Virus record (IMG/VR): IMGVR_UViG_3300042860_003997
Origin: an uncultured virus (IMG/VR IMGVR_UViG_3300042860_003997)
Lineage: Duplodnaviria; Heunggongvirae; Uroviricota; Caudoviricetes
Length of the DNA stretch: 64,000 nt
Strand: one strand, 5' to 3'
Shown here: one piece after another, positions 19,002 through 28,856 of the stretch
How positions within the stretch are numbered: the stretch's first letter is position 1
Layout of the letters: every line of letters starts with the position of its first letter
The notes under the pieces: model-generated
Database searches by the model: none
What the model was told of the DNA's origin: nothing
Seen by the model: the letters and a program-made list of their open reading frames with translations, nothing else
Translations under genes and position numbers: made by a program

Positions 19002-20610
19002 AAAGTTTCAATATCCGTGCGGTTGTTCTTTTGATGTTTCTGAACAAGAAGATAATAAAAAGATTAATTTTGATCCTACCATAGAAAATATCAATCTGGA
19101 TTGTTCTAGAACTTGGGATTTAATCTCTAGTGGTAATACTAAGGGTTGTTTCCAATTAGAATCTAGACTTGGTAGGTCTATGGCTAAAAAATTGAAACCA
19201 GAAAATATAGAGCAATTGTCGGCCCTAATTAGTATTATGCGACCAGGATGTTTAGAGGCAGTTAGAGAAGGCAAAACGGTTAGTAATCATTATATTGATA
19301 AAAAGAATGGATTAGAGTCTGTCGATTATTTCCACGCTTCATTAGAACCTGTATTAAAGAATACGTATGGAGAAATGGTATATCAAGAACAAGCGATGGA
19401 AATTACAAAAGTAATCGCTGGTTTTAATCTGCAAGAAGCAGATATGTTAAGAAAAGCCATTGGTAAGAAAAAGCCAGAAGAAATGGCTAAAGTTAAATCT
19501 AAATTTTTAGAAGGTTCCACTAAGCTTGGTATAGTTAATACTGAAGAAGCAGAGCAGATTTTCGGGTGGATAGAAAAAAGCCAAAGATATTCTTTTAATA
19601 AGTCACACTCTGTAAGCTATGCTATTAATGCATATTTATCAGCCTATACTAAAGCACATTTTCCCAAAATCTTTTTTGCATCATACTTACGTTTTGCTAA
19701 GGATAAAATAGATCCTCAAGCAGAAATTAAAGAGTTGGTACAAAATGCCAACGAAATGGATATTTCTGTTAAGACGCCGGATATTAGGAATTTGAATGAA
19801 TTTTTTATATTGAAAAATAATCAAATTTATTTTGGTATCACAGATATTAAAGGTGTGGGAAAATCTGTATTTGATAAGCTTATTGAGTTGTTATCTAAAC
19901 ACGATATATTAAATCTAACATGGCTAGATTACTTATGTAAAATACTTCCAAATATTAATTCAACAGCAGCTAAAGCGCTTATACAATCTGGTGCTTTGTC
20001 TTTTATTCCAATTACTAGAAATAAAATGCTTTTTGAATACGGTTTAGTATCTATTCTTACTAAGAAAGAATTAGAGCATATCAACAACAATCTCTCTAAG
20101 CTAAAAAACTTTAAAGAGTGTTTGGAATCATTGTCTTCTATGCCTAGGCTAAATAAGAACCGTAAAAAAATTATAGATGATGCTATTTATTCTATTAATT
20201 TTCCTCCGTATTCTTTAGATGATTCACCAGAATGGATAGCAGATGCTGAGGATTCTTTACTGGGTTGTTCTATTACATGTTCTAAACTGGACATGTATGA
20301 TATTAGCATGACTAATATTACTTGTAGAGAACTAAAAAATACTACTATGAAAGATAATCTTATATTGGGTGGTGAATTAGATAATATTAATATTACAAAA
20401 ACAAAGAGCGGAAAAACTCCAGGTCAGGAAATGGCTTTTGTAACAATGACAGATACTACGGGGTCTATAGATTCAGTAGTCTTTTTTCCAGAAAAGTTTA
20501 AAGAATACAAAAACTTATTGTTCACTGGAAATATTATAATTGTCAAGGGTAATAAGTCTAAAAATGGTGATGGTCTGATAGTGGAAAAAGCATACATCGC
20601 CAAAACTTGA
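18994..20610 (+). CDS. dnaE: DNA polymerase III alpha, C-terminal part (fingers, HhH, OB fold)
   Basis: GCFQLES, RPG, YQEQ, ADMLRKAIGKK, YSFNKSHS, IKGVG, MAFVT OB fold. Confidence 0.9.
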   Translation: MAKKFQYPCGCSFDVSEQEDNKKINFDPTIENINLDCSRTWDLISSGNTKGCFQLESRLGRSMAKKLKPENIEQLSALISIMRPGCLEAVREGKTVSNHYIDKKNGLESVDYFHASLEPVLKNTYGEMVYQEQAMEITKVIAGFNLQEADMLRKAIGKKKPEEMAKVKSKFLEGSTKLGIVNTEEAEQIFGWIEKSQRYSFNKSHSVSYAINAYLSAYTKAHFPKIFFASYLRFAKDKIDPQAEIKELVQNANEMDISVKTPDIRNLNEFFILKNNQIYFGITDIKGVGKSVFDKLIELLSKHDILNLTWLDYLCKILPNINSTAAKALIQSGALSFIPITRNKMLFEYGLVSILTKKELEHINNNLSKLKNFKECLESLSSMPRLNKNRKKIIDDAIYSINFPPYSLDDSPEWIADAEDSLLGCSITCSKLDMYDISMTNITCRELKNTTMKDNLILGGELDNINITKTKSGKTPGQEMAFVTMTDTTGSIDSVVFFPEKFKEYKNLLFTGNIIIVKGNKSKNGDGLIVEKAYIAKT

Positions 20611-20634
20611 CAATCCATACCGCCGGTATATCAT
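20607..20634 (+). promoter_or_regulatory. Sigma70-like promoter TTGACA-N16-TATCAT with a palindrome in the spacer
   Basis: Upstream of ssb; ATACCG-C-CGGTAT inverted repeat at 20617-20629. Confidence 0.6.
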
Positions 20635-20685
20635 ATAGATGTTTCGATCCAAACTGTTGGTTTATTTACTTTAAAAGGAGATTTT

Positions 20686-21051
20686 ATGAATATTGTTATG
20701 TTGCGTGGTAACCTTGCCAGAGATCCTGAACTCAGAGTAGTTGGAGAAAAGCAAACTGCTGTAGTAAATTTTACAGTTGCAGTATCAAGAGAGTTTACTA
20801 AAGCTAATGGCGAACAAGATAAGGTTACATCTTTTATCCAATGTGAAGCATGGGATAGTGGTGCCGAGGCCATTGGTTCATCTTTCAAGAAGGGTGATCT
20901 AGTTATGGTCGAAGGTTCATTACGCAATGACAGTTGGGAAAAGGATGGTGTTAAGCACAGTACCCTAAAGGTTCGTGTTAACAATTTTGCTAAGATTACT
21001 AAGACAAAGAAGAGCGAAAAGAGCACAGACTCTGCTACTGTAGCATTCTGA
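20686..21051 (+). CDS. ssb: Single-stranded DNA-binding protein
   Basis: MN.V.L.GNLARDPELR, KGDLVMVEGSL; AGGAG SD. Confidence 0.93.
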   Translation: MNIVMLRGNLARDPELRVVGEKQTAVVNFTVAVSREFTKANGEQDKVTSFIQCEAWDSGAEAIGSSFKKGDLVMVEGSLRNDSWEKDGVKHSTLKVRVNNFAKITKTKKSEKSTDSATVAF

Positions 21052-21073
21052 TCTTATAAAGGATATCTAAGAG

Positions 21074-21110
21074 AATCTCTAGTAATATAATGTTACTAGA
21101 GATTTTTCTT
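21074..21110 (+). terminator. Hairpin terminator after ssb
   Basis: AATCTCTAGTAATA-TAA-TGTTACTAGAGATT, a 14-bp stem followed by a T-rich tract. Confidence 0.65.
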
Positions 21111-21120
21111 AGTTCAAACA

Positions 21121-22770
21121 ATGAAACATCAAAAAAAGAAAATTTTTATTGCTAATGATGCTAGTATTTTAGATACTGGATACGGAATCTACGGTAAAGA
21201 AATTATATCTCGTATACACAAAAGTGACAAATACGAGGTAGCAGAATTAGGATGCTATTGCGATAAAGATAATCCTAAAATTAAAAATATACCATGGAAA
21301 TTTTATCCTAATGCTGTGGCCGCTAATGATTCTCGTGTTGAGCAGTACAAAGCTAATATGCTCAATCAATTTGGCTTATGGAGATTTAATAGGTGTTTAA
21401 TTGATTTTAAACCACATATAGTTTTTGATGTTCGAGATTATTGGATGTATGCATATCAGGATATGAGTCCTTATAGACATCATTTTCATTGGCTAATCAT
21501 GCCAACTACTGATTCAACACCGCCCAAAACAGACTGGCTTTATACATATAAAAACGCAGAACTAATTATTCCATATACCGATTGGGCCAAAAAAGTTCTT
21601 ACACAATCATGTGGCAAGAATATAAATCTATTTCCTAGAGTAGCCAATGCTGGTATTAATCCACAAGATTTTTATATTATAGAAAACCAAAAAGAGCATA
21701 AAATCAAATATTTTGGTAAGGATATAAACGTAGTTGGTTTAGTTATGCGTAATCAAAAACGCAAACTACTTGCTGATATTATGATTGCTTTTAAGTCTTT
21801 TTTAAACAACTTAAAACAATCAGGACACAAAGATGTTTATGATAAAACATATCTATATTTACATACTTCTTATCCAGAAGATAATGGTTGGGATCTTCCT
21901 GCTTTATTGTCCGAATATGGCTTACTAGACAAGATTTATTTTACATATAAATGCAAAAACTGTGGAGATTCTCATCCTAGTAAGTTTCATCCTGGTGTGA
22001 CAAATTGTACTAAGTGCGGAGCTAAAGCAGTACATATGTCTAGTCCTATGAATGGGGTAACAACACAGGAACTGAATAATATATATAATTTATTTGATAT
22101 ATTCATTCAATATGCAATATGCGAAGGATTTGGTATGCCACAAGTTGAAGCAGCGGCCTGTGGTGTTCAAATAGCTTCTGTAGACTATAGTGCAATGACA
22201 GAAATTGTAGAGAAGCTTGATGGTATAAAGTTGCGGGTAGATAGAATGTTTAGAGAGATGGAAATTAATGCTGATAGAGCATATCCAGATAATGACTTTA
22301 CAGCACAAGTATTGTATGATTTTTTCATTAATAAATCAATAGATACTCGTCAAGCTAACAGAACTAATATTCGTAATAAATGTATCTCTTTATACTCTTG
22401 GGATAATGTATATAGCGTATGGGAAGAAGCTTTTGATTCTATAGATATTACTAAAAAATTATCTTGGGATGACAAAAATATTCCACAGATTAAAAATATG
22501 TCCCTAAAGGTTCCAAAGGGTTTAAATGATAAAGATTTTATAGAATTTATTTGTTTAAATGTAATAAATGATCCATATTTATTAAACACGGCTAATATAC
22601 AAACACTCATAAAAGATGTTACTAATGGCATTATTGCTAAAAATGGCAACATAATGACTATAAATAAACAATATAGCATAGATGTTTTGGAAGGATTATT
22701 AAATAATAAAATTATGTGCGAAAAGATGAGAGTTAATCCTCAACAAATAGTTAAAGAAGACTTTATATGA
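21121..22770 (+). CDS. GT-B (GT4-like) glycosyltransferase with zinc-ribbon insert
   Basis: TGYG, RNQKRK, EGFGMPQVEAAACG; CKNC...CTKC insert. Confidence 0.85.
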   Translation: MKHQKKKIFIANDASILDTGYGIYGKEIISRIHKSDKYEVAELGCYCDKDNPKIKNIPWKFYPNAVAANDSRVEQYKANMLNQFGLWRFNRCLIDFKPHIVFDVRDYWMYAYQDMSPYRHHFHWLIMPTTDSTPPKTDWLYTYKNAELIIPYTDWAKKVLTQSCGKNINLFPRVANAGINPQDFYIIENQKEHKIKYFGKDINVVGLVMRNQKRKLLADIMIAFKSFLNNLKQSGHKDVYDKTYLYLHTSYPEDNGWDLPALLSEYGLLDKIYFTYKCKNCGDSHPSKFHPGVTNCTKCGAKAVHMSSPMNGVTTQELNNIYNLFDIFIQYAICEGFGMPQVEAAACGVQIASVDYSAMTEIVEKLDGIKLRVDRMFREMEINADRAYPDNDFTAQVLYDFFINKSIDTRQANRTNIRNKCISLYSWDNVYSVWEEAFDSIDITKKLSWDDKNIPQIKNMSLKVPKGLNDKDFIEFICLNVINDPYLLNTANIQTLIKDVTNGIIAKNGNIMTINKQYSIDVLEGLLNNKIMCEKMRVNPQQIVKEDFI

Positions 22771-23525
22771 TAAACGAGCAAATTAATACTATTCACACTC
22801 CGTGTAAAAACTGTGTATTTGCAGAGTTTAATAATAACACTCAAATAGACTGTAATCTCAAATATATAGATAAATATAAAAATAAAAATGTGTCTGTATT
22901 AGAAGCATATGATGACGAGAAAGAATTTTATATTATAAATGGCAAAAAATGTTTGGGATACAGAGAAAACAAATGGTTCAAACAATTTGATTTACAAGAC
23001 GCTACTGTTGAAGATAAAATCAATAAATTTTTAGAAACTAATACTTTAGATTATTTATTAACAATTAATTTAAAAAATATTACTCTGGATCAACTAGACA
23101 TAATGTTGAAACAGATTTCAGAGTGTGAAATTCAACCTAAAAAACTCATTCTTATTAGATATGTTGATAATGATAAATCATTACAATATACTAATATTGA
23201 AGAACTATTACAGAAATACTCCGTTAAATATATGTGGAGAATCCAAACTATTTTGGATCTATCACTATCCTATAGCAGTATATTACATAACATTATAACA
23301 ATGAATCCCAAGTATAGATTTATTGTGAACAATGAACAATTTAATAATGATTTAACACACATGATAAAAACCACTAATAGGGTGGTACATGAGGATTTGG
23401 ATCAATTTGACGTATTGAGTAATAAAGATAAATCATGTATAGTATTTAGTAGTCTTGTTTATAGGTTTGACGCATTTCATGGCAACAATCTATTAAGTAA
23501 TACTAATAAATTTAATATTATATGA
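22767..23525 (+). CDS. Hypothetical protein
   Basis: Long AT-rich ORF coupled to the GT; N-terminal CKNC. Confidence 0.55.
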   Translation: MINEQINTIHTPCKNCVFAEFNNNTQIDCNLKYIDKYKNKNVSVLEAYDDEKEFYIINGKKCLGYRENKWFKQFDLQDATVEDKINKFLETNTLDYLLTINLKNITLDQLDIMLKQISECEIQPKKLILIRYVDNDKSLQYTNIEELLQKYSVKYMWRIQTILDLSLSYSSILHNIITMNPKYRFIVNNEQFNNDLTHMIKTTNRVVHEDLDQFDVLSNKDKSCIVFSSLVYRFDAFHGNNLLSNTNKFNII

Positions 23526-24133
23526 ATATAATTATATTAGGTGATAAATATCAAAAAAGAATGAAATCTAGAGGATGTGTTGGTCTTATCAAGTATAATA
23601 ATAAAAACATTATATCTCATCAATACAAAACTCTACATTCTATTTTCCCTAATGCGAATATTATATATGTATATGGATTTGATAATAAACGATTTATTTC
23701 TTATATCAATAAAAATATTTTAAGTTATCCAAAGATTAAGCTAATTTATAATCCACACTACGATGATCATAATAATGTATATAGTTTAAGTTTAGTAAAA
23801 GAATATTTAAACGATGACTGCATTATATTTTTTGGAGATCACATTATTAAACCAGCGACATTTGGTTCTTTTAAATTAAGTAACGAGTCACAGGTTTTTA
23901 TAAACTCAAAAAATAAAACTCGACTTGGATGTATTGTACAAAACCAGAACGTATATAATATTGCGTATGATTTGGATAACTATTTATCAGAAATATATTT
24001 TATATCTAAAGACCATATTAATAATTTTAAAAGTTTAATTTCTAACCCTATGAATCATAATCATTTTATTTTTGAAATTCTTAATAAGATGATAGATCTC
24101 AACTTAAAGATAAAATCATGTCAATCAGCATAA
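23522..24133 (+). CDS. Nucleotidyltransferase-like protein (LicC/NTP_transf family), divergent
   Basis: MNIIILG...KRMKS, LIYNPHY...NNVYSL, IFFGD. Confidence 0.6.
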   Translation: MNIIILGDKYQKRMKSRGCVGLIKYNNKNIISHQYKTLHSIFPNANIIYVYGFDNKRFISYINKNILSYPKIKLIYNPHYDDHNNVYSLSLVKEYLNDDCIIFFGDHIIKPATFGSFKLSNESQVFINSKNKTRLGCIVQNQNVYNIAYDLDNYLSEIYFISKDHINNFKSLISNPMNHNHFIFEILNKMIDLNLKIKSCQSA

Positions 24134-24495
24134 ACAATAAAAAACTAGCGATTTTTACAGATAATCTTGGTGATCATATAGACCTAATTGAAAAAATTAA
24201 AAATTCCACCAAGGATTATGATGATTTTTGTATTTTTACTAATAATATGAATATTAGTATTAATGATTATGGTATTATTAATCCATATTATCTAATTTCA
24301 TATGATGGATTACTTGTGTTTCTCAATATAGAAGACTATTTACAATATAAAGACTCTATCATTTGTGATATAGCAATATATATAAATGACTATAATAGTA
24401 TAGATAGAAATACGCTGAAAAAGTGTTTAGTATTAACAGAAAATGGCAATGAAATATTATGGGTGAATAATAATGAATTATCTCAAATTATCTGA
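24118..24495 (+). CDS. Hypothetical protein
   Basis: ORF overlapping both neighbours. Confidence 0.5.
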   Translation: MSISINNKKLAIFTDNLGDHIDLIEKIKNSTKDYDDFCIFTNNMNISINDYGIINPYYLISYDGLLVFLNIEDYLQYKDSIICDIAIYINDYNSIDRNTLKKCLVLTENGNEILWVNNNELSQII

Positions 24496-25273
24496 TAAAC
24501 AAAAAAAAGATCTATTAACCAAAGAGTATGAGAATCTTAATCATAGTTTTAGGGAAATAGCTGAAAAATACAATACATATGCCAACAAGATACGCAGAGA
24601 TGCTATTAAATTTGGTATTAAAATTAAAGATAAAAGCGAAGCTCAAAAAAACGCATTGAAAAATGGTACAGCAACGCATCCTACCCAGGGAACTCAAAGA
24701 TCAGAAGATGTAAAAAGTAAGATTGGTTTGTCTGTTATGAATTCCTGGGAGAATATGGATGCTAAAACCATTCAAAAACGTAAAGATAAAGCAAGACAAA
24801 ATTGGGAAAATTTATCTGAAGATATAAAAGAAAACATCTTAAGAGAAGCCAATAATGCAGTTAGAGAGGCTAGTAAAAGCGGATCTAAGTTAGAGAAGTT
24901 CTTATTAACAGAGTTGTTGGCTGATGGATTTAAGGTAGATTTTCACAAAGAGCAGTCGTTATTAAATACCAAGTTGCAAATTGATTTATTCTTACCTAAA
25001 CTAAATATAGCCATAGAGGTTGATGGACCATCACACTTCAAACCTGTGTGGGGTCAAGAAAATCTAAAAAGAAATAAAGGATACGACGATAAAAAAACAG
25101 GATTAATTCTCGGTAAAGGATTAGTATTAATTAGAATTAAACAAACTAAGGATTTTTCTAAAGCCAGAGCAAAAACAATATATAATAATCTTAAAATATA
25201 TATTGATCAAATTAGTAAACAATTTCCAAACCAAGATAATAGGAATATAGAAATAGGAGATTATAATGGGTAG
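24473..25273 (+). CDS. Putative homing endonuclease: HTH, NUMOD3-like segment and Vsr/DUF559 nuclease
   Basis: SFREIAEKY HTH; GTQRSEDVKSKIG; IDLFLPKLNIAIEVDGPSH. Confidence 0.7.
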   Translation: MNYLKLSDKQKKDLLTKEYENLNHSFREIAEKYNTYANKIRRDAIKFGIKIKDKSEAQKNALKNGTATHPTQGTQRSEDVKSKIGLSVMNSWENMDAKTIQKRKDKARQNWENLSEDIKENILREANNAVREASKSGSKLEKFLLTELLADGFKVDFHKEQSLLNTKLQIDLFLPKLNIAIEVDGPSHFKPVWGQENLKRNKGYDDKKTGLILGKGLVLIRIKQTKDFSKARAKTIYNNLKIYIDQISKQFPNQDNRNIEIGDYNG

Positions 25274-25994
25274 ACCCAAAAAAGAAAGTACTACAGAGAC
25301 CGTTAACGATACAGTGTCAGTAGAAACCAATCATAAAACCGTAGCTCCCAATCAACCGGAATGGACTGATTATGTCTTAAGTTTATTGGGCGAAGATGAA
25401 AAAATTAATGGTAATCCTACTACGGATGGTTTAAGACGTATTTTTGAAACAGTATTAGAGTGTACAGTTATTAATGCTGAACCTAAAGTGATGCAATCTC
25501 CTGATTTGGCCAATGAAAGACGAGCCACTGTGGTTTACACGATGGACTATGTTTTAAATGATGAGTCAGTCCCCGAAAGTTTAAAATACAGGTCTGTAAG
25601 CGCGGCTGCTGACGTTTATTGGGGTAATTGCGACAAGATATTCCGCAATCATCCTGTTGCTGTTGCAGAAACACGAGCAGAAGGACGAGCACTAAGAAAA
25701 GCGCTCAAATTGCGTAAGGTGGTGACCGCTGATGAAATTGCTAAGGATGTTGTGGATCATGATCAAGATAATAGTAATACGATTAATCATAGCCAATTAA
25801 ATTTCTTTGATGTTTTTGGAAAAAGGCTAAATATTAATATCAAAAAATTATTAGATCATCTTGCTATAAACCATAGTAATATCTATCATATATCATATGA
25901 TGATGCTGTAAAAACTATTACTACATTATCAGGATTTCAACAAAACAATTCAGTACCCCAAGAAATTATTGGGTATGATCCAAACTGGAAATAG
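25266..25994 (+). CDS. Putative Rad52/Sak-like ssDNA-annealing protein
   Basis: AVAETRAEGRALRKAL resembles the conserved helix of annealing proteins. Confidence 0.5.
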   Translation: MGRPKKESTTETVNDTVSVETNHKTVAPNQPEWTDYVLSLLGEDEKINGNPTTDGLRRIFETVLECTVINAEPKVMQSPDLANERRATVVYTMDYVLNDESVPESLKYRSVSAAADVYWGNCDKIFRNHPVAVAETRAEGRALRKALKLRKVVTADEIAKDVVDHDQDNSNTINHSQLNFFDVFGKRLNINIKKLLDHLAINHSNIYHISYDDAVKTITTLSGFQQNNSVPQEIIGYDPNWK

Positions 25995-26004
25995 GGAGTA
26001 AATT

Positions 26005-26334
26005 ATGAAAGTCAAATATAAGGTTGGTGATAAATTAGAGTTTGAATTAGAGGGTTCTGGTCAAAAAGAAATTTTTAAAGAACTAGCACTAATTCAAGAA
26101 ATTTTTGCTGAAGAAAAGTGTGGGCTATGTGGTAGTACCAACCTTAGATTTGTTGTTCGTAATGTTGAGGGTAATGACTATTACGAATTAAGGTGTGCTG
26201 ATTGTGGCGCTATCCTTGCATTTGGTCAACACAAAAAGGGTGGCACATTATTTCCTAAACGTAAGGATGATGATGGTAACTATTTACCTAATAAGGGATG
26301 GCACAAATGGAGTAAAGACTCTAAGGATAAGTAA
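26005..26334 (+). CDS. Zinc-ribbon hypothetical protein
   Basis: CGLC...CADC; GGGAG SD. Confidence 0.65.
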   Translation: MKVKYKVGDKLEFELEGSGQKEIFKELALIQEIFAEEKCGLCGSTNLRFVVRNVEGNDYYELRCADCGAILAFGQHKKGGTLFPKRKDDDGNYLPNKGWHKWSKDSKDK

Positions 26335-28856
26335 TGAGTCCCTTATATTTGTATAATGGTAAATTATTAATTGATAATAATAAATTAGCAGCAAATGAAA
26401 GTTGTTGTTGTGGTTGTCCAGAATCTACTTGTGTTACACTAACTTGTAGTATGCTTAGTCCCTATTCAGGGGTAGATTGTACGAGGGCGAAAAGTGATCA
26501 TATTCATACAATTACTATTCCAGAGGAATATGCTTTACCAGTAGAAATTAATATTTCAGGTGGTGTTGATGATGATTTATTAATAAATGGACAAAGTATC
26601 ACTATTGATTTAAACTATGATACTGGTGGTGGTCCAATTGGTCCGGGCCACCCTTATCTTGCAGAAAATGGTGAGTGTGTTGGCGCTCATACTATCGGAT
26701 CAGCACCTGATCAAAACGATCCAACATATCCTATTCCTAGTCAAGATCCTAATGCTTATCCTAGTATCCTATTTTCATGTAATGATAGATCTTTTGAGGT
26801 ATCTGTAAGAGATACTGTTGGCGGAAATGTTGAAATGACCATCAATATTTGTTTAGATCCTTATAATAAACAAAATGTTTGTTTACCTCCAATAGTAAGT
26901 GGATGTTGTGGGACCGAAGTTTATTGTTATGAAAAAACAATATATAGACCATCACCATGTGTAACTTATATTTGTGCAGCAGAACCGCCGCCAGACTATA
27001 CTCAGATTGGTGGGCCATATGATTGTTCTATTTGTGAAAACTGCGGAGGTGGTTCTTGCGTACCGTATTCAATTTGGAAAATTACTGATCAAGATAATTA
27101 TATTTATGCTAGTGGAATAATAGGTTATCAAAATAATTATGCTTTTCTAATGGATGTGCCTTATCCTTTTATACCATTATTCTATAATAGTCTCGGAGGT
27201 AAAGATTTTAGTCTTCAAGCATACTGTAATGCTGGAGAATGGTCCACCCTTGATTCATGGAGCGATGGTATAAGTTTATGTGGTACTATTGATGATCGTT
27301 TTCCTCCTCGTTATTTTTCGCAAAATTGGGCTCCTCAAGGAGCTTGTGCTGAACCAATTAATAATAATGGAGATTTTGTGTGTGACGAATGGGGAGCGCC
27401 AATATTAACTTGTCCTCCCTTAGTTGTTGGAACTACAGGTGATGGTCAAGCATGGAGAGATCCTCGACCAGGAGTTGCTTATAAGTTCACAGGGGCCATT
27501 GATAATGAATGGACCAATTTAAATAATTGGCAAGATGCCGACGGATATAGTCCAGCAGGATCTTTGCCTGGTGATGGAAACAATATTGTGATTGAAGGTG
27601 TTATTGATAGTTATCCAAATGATTTTACTATACCAACACTAAATACTATCACAGTTAATAGTGGTGGGGACTTAGGTATTAGCATAACATGCGCAAATCT
27701 AGTAGGTAATGATGGTGAGTTTGGAATATATTCTTTCCAGTCTTGTCCATTAATAGATGGGAAAGTTATTATTAATGTAACAGAAAATTGTACTATTACT
27801 TACGGATCAATTTCCGGTAGAATTATATTAAATCATACAGGATCGTCTACCATGGTATTTAATGGTTCTGAGATAACTGGCACAGTAAATGGTGGTACTA
27901 TTATATTTAATAATAGTAGTCTTAGAGGTAATATCACTTATGAAACAGCAACTCTTAATAATTCATCTATTGCGCCTTACTCATTATTTGGGACCACACT
28001 TAGTGGTGCAAATACAACATTAAATAATGGTTCTATCAATTCTGGTGGACGCATAATTTCATCAACAATTGTTACATTTAATACTGGATCTTACAATTCT
28101 GGTACTGTTAGTGGAGGTAGTGTAATATTTAATGGTTCTGGATCTGATGCTACCTTCAATGATGGAACTATTAACGACTCTTCAGTAACATTTAATGGAG
28201 AATCATCAAATACAAATAATGGAACACTTAATAATTGTCAACCAGTAATCTTTAATAATTATTCAACCAATAATAATACAATACCAACTAACAGTGGTCC
28301 TATTACATTTAATAATTATTCAAAGAATAAATCTATCGTTCATAATGCAACTTTTAATGGTAATGCAGAAAATGATACTAATGGTGTGGTACAAGTTGAT
28401 TCGACATTTAATGTTTCCTCTATTAATAAAGGAACTGTTGGAGGGAATAATTGCACCACCATATTTAATGGTAGTTCAGAAAATAATGGTACCGTGCAAG
28501 ATGGTACTACCACATTCAATCTTACATCTGCTAATAATGGAACTGTTAATGTCTCATCTGGTTATGCAGTAAACTTTAATGGCGACTCAGACAATAACGG
28601 TATTGTGTCAGCAGCTGGTGGTTCGATCTTTTTCAATAGCACATCTAGTAATAATGCAACTGTAACTGTTGATAGTGCAACATTTAATGGTAGTTCAGAA
28701 AATGATACTAGTGGTACTGTTTACGGAGATGCTACCTTCAATGTTTCATCCCGAAATAAGGGTTTTGTTAATGGAACAGCCACCTTTACTGGTAGCGCCT
28801 GTAATGACGGAGGTACTGCTGGAACATTCGTACCAGATCCACCACCATCATGCTAA
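26334..28856 (+). CDS. Cys-rich protein with Asn/Gly/Ser-rich beta-helix repeats (adhesin or fibre-like)
   Basis: Many Cys in the N-terminal half; about 15 FN-x-x-S-x-N-x-G repeats in the C-terminal half. Confidence 0.65.
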   Translation: MSPLYLYNGKLLIDNNKLAANESCCCGCPESTCVTLTCSMLSPYSGVDCTRAKSDHIHTITIPEEYALPVEINISGGVDDDLLINGQSITIDLNYDTGGGPIGPGHPYLAENGECVGAHTIGSAPDQNDPTYPIPSQDPNAYPSILFSCNDRSFEVSVRDTVGGNVEMTINICLDPYNKQNVCLPPIVSGCCGTEVYCYEKTIYRPSPCVTYICAAEPPPDYTQIGGPYDCSICENCGGGSCVPYSIWKITDQDNYIYASGIIGYQNNYAFLMDVPYPFIPLFYNSLGGKDFSLQAYCNAGEWSTLDSWSDGISLCGTIDDRFPPRYFSQNWAPQGACAEPINNNGDFVCDEWGAPILTCPPLVVGTTGDGQAWRDPRPGVAYKFTGAIDNEWTNLNNWQDADGYSPAGSLPGDGNNIVIEGVIDSYPNDFTIPTLNTITVNSGGDLGISITCANLVGNDGEFGIYSFQSCPLIDGKVIINVTENCTITYGSISGRIILNHTGSSTMVFNGSEITGTVNGGTIIFNNSSLRGNITYETATLNNSSIAPYSLFGTTLSGANTTLNNGSINSGGRIISSTIVTFNTGSYNSGTVSGGSVIFNGSGSDATFNDGTINDSSVTFNGESSNTNNGTLNNCQPVIFNNYSTNNNTIPTNSGPITFNNYSKNKSIVHNATFNGNAENDTNGVVQVDSTFNVSSINKGTVGGNNCTTIFNGSSENNGTVQDGTTTFNLTSANNGTVNVSSGYAVNFNGDSDNNGIVSAAGGSIFFNSTSSNNATVTVDSATFNGSSENDTSGTVYGDATFNVSSRNKGFVNGTATFTGSACNDGGTAGTFVPDPPPSC

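Noticed and set aside
17380..19100. Split intein or group I intron joining the dnaE halves
   Set aside because: No intein block A or His-Asn/Cys junction motifs; the gap is fully occupied by intact genes with no room for a ribozyme core
1997..25692. Numerous short - strand ORFs opposite + strand genes
   Set aside because: They overlap well-supported genes in antisense and show no recognisable motifs
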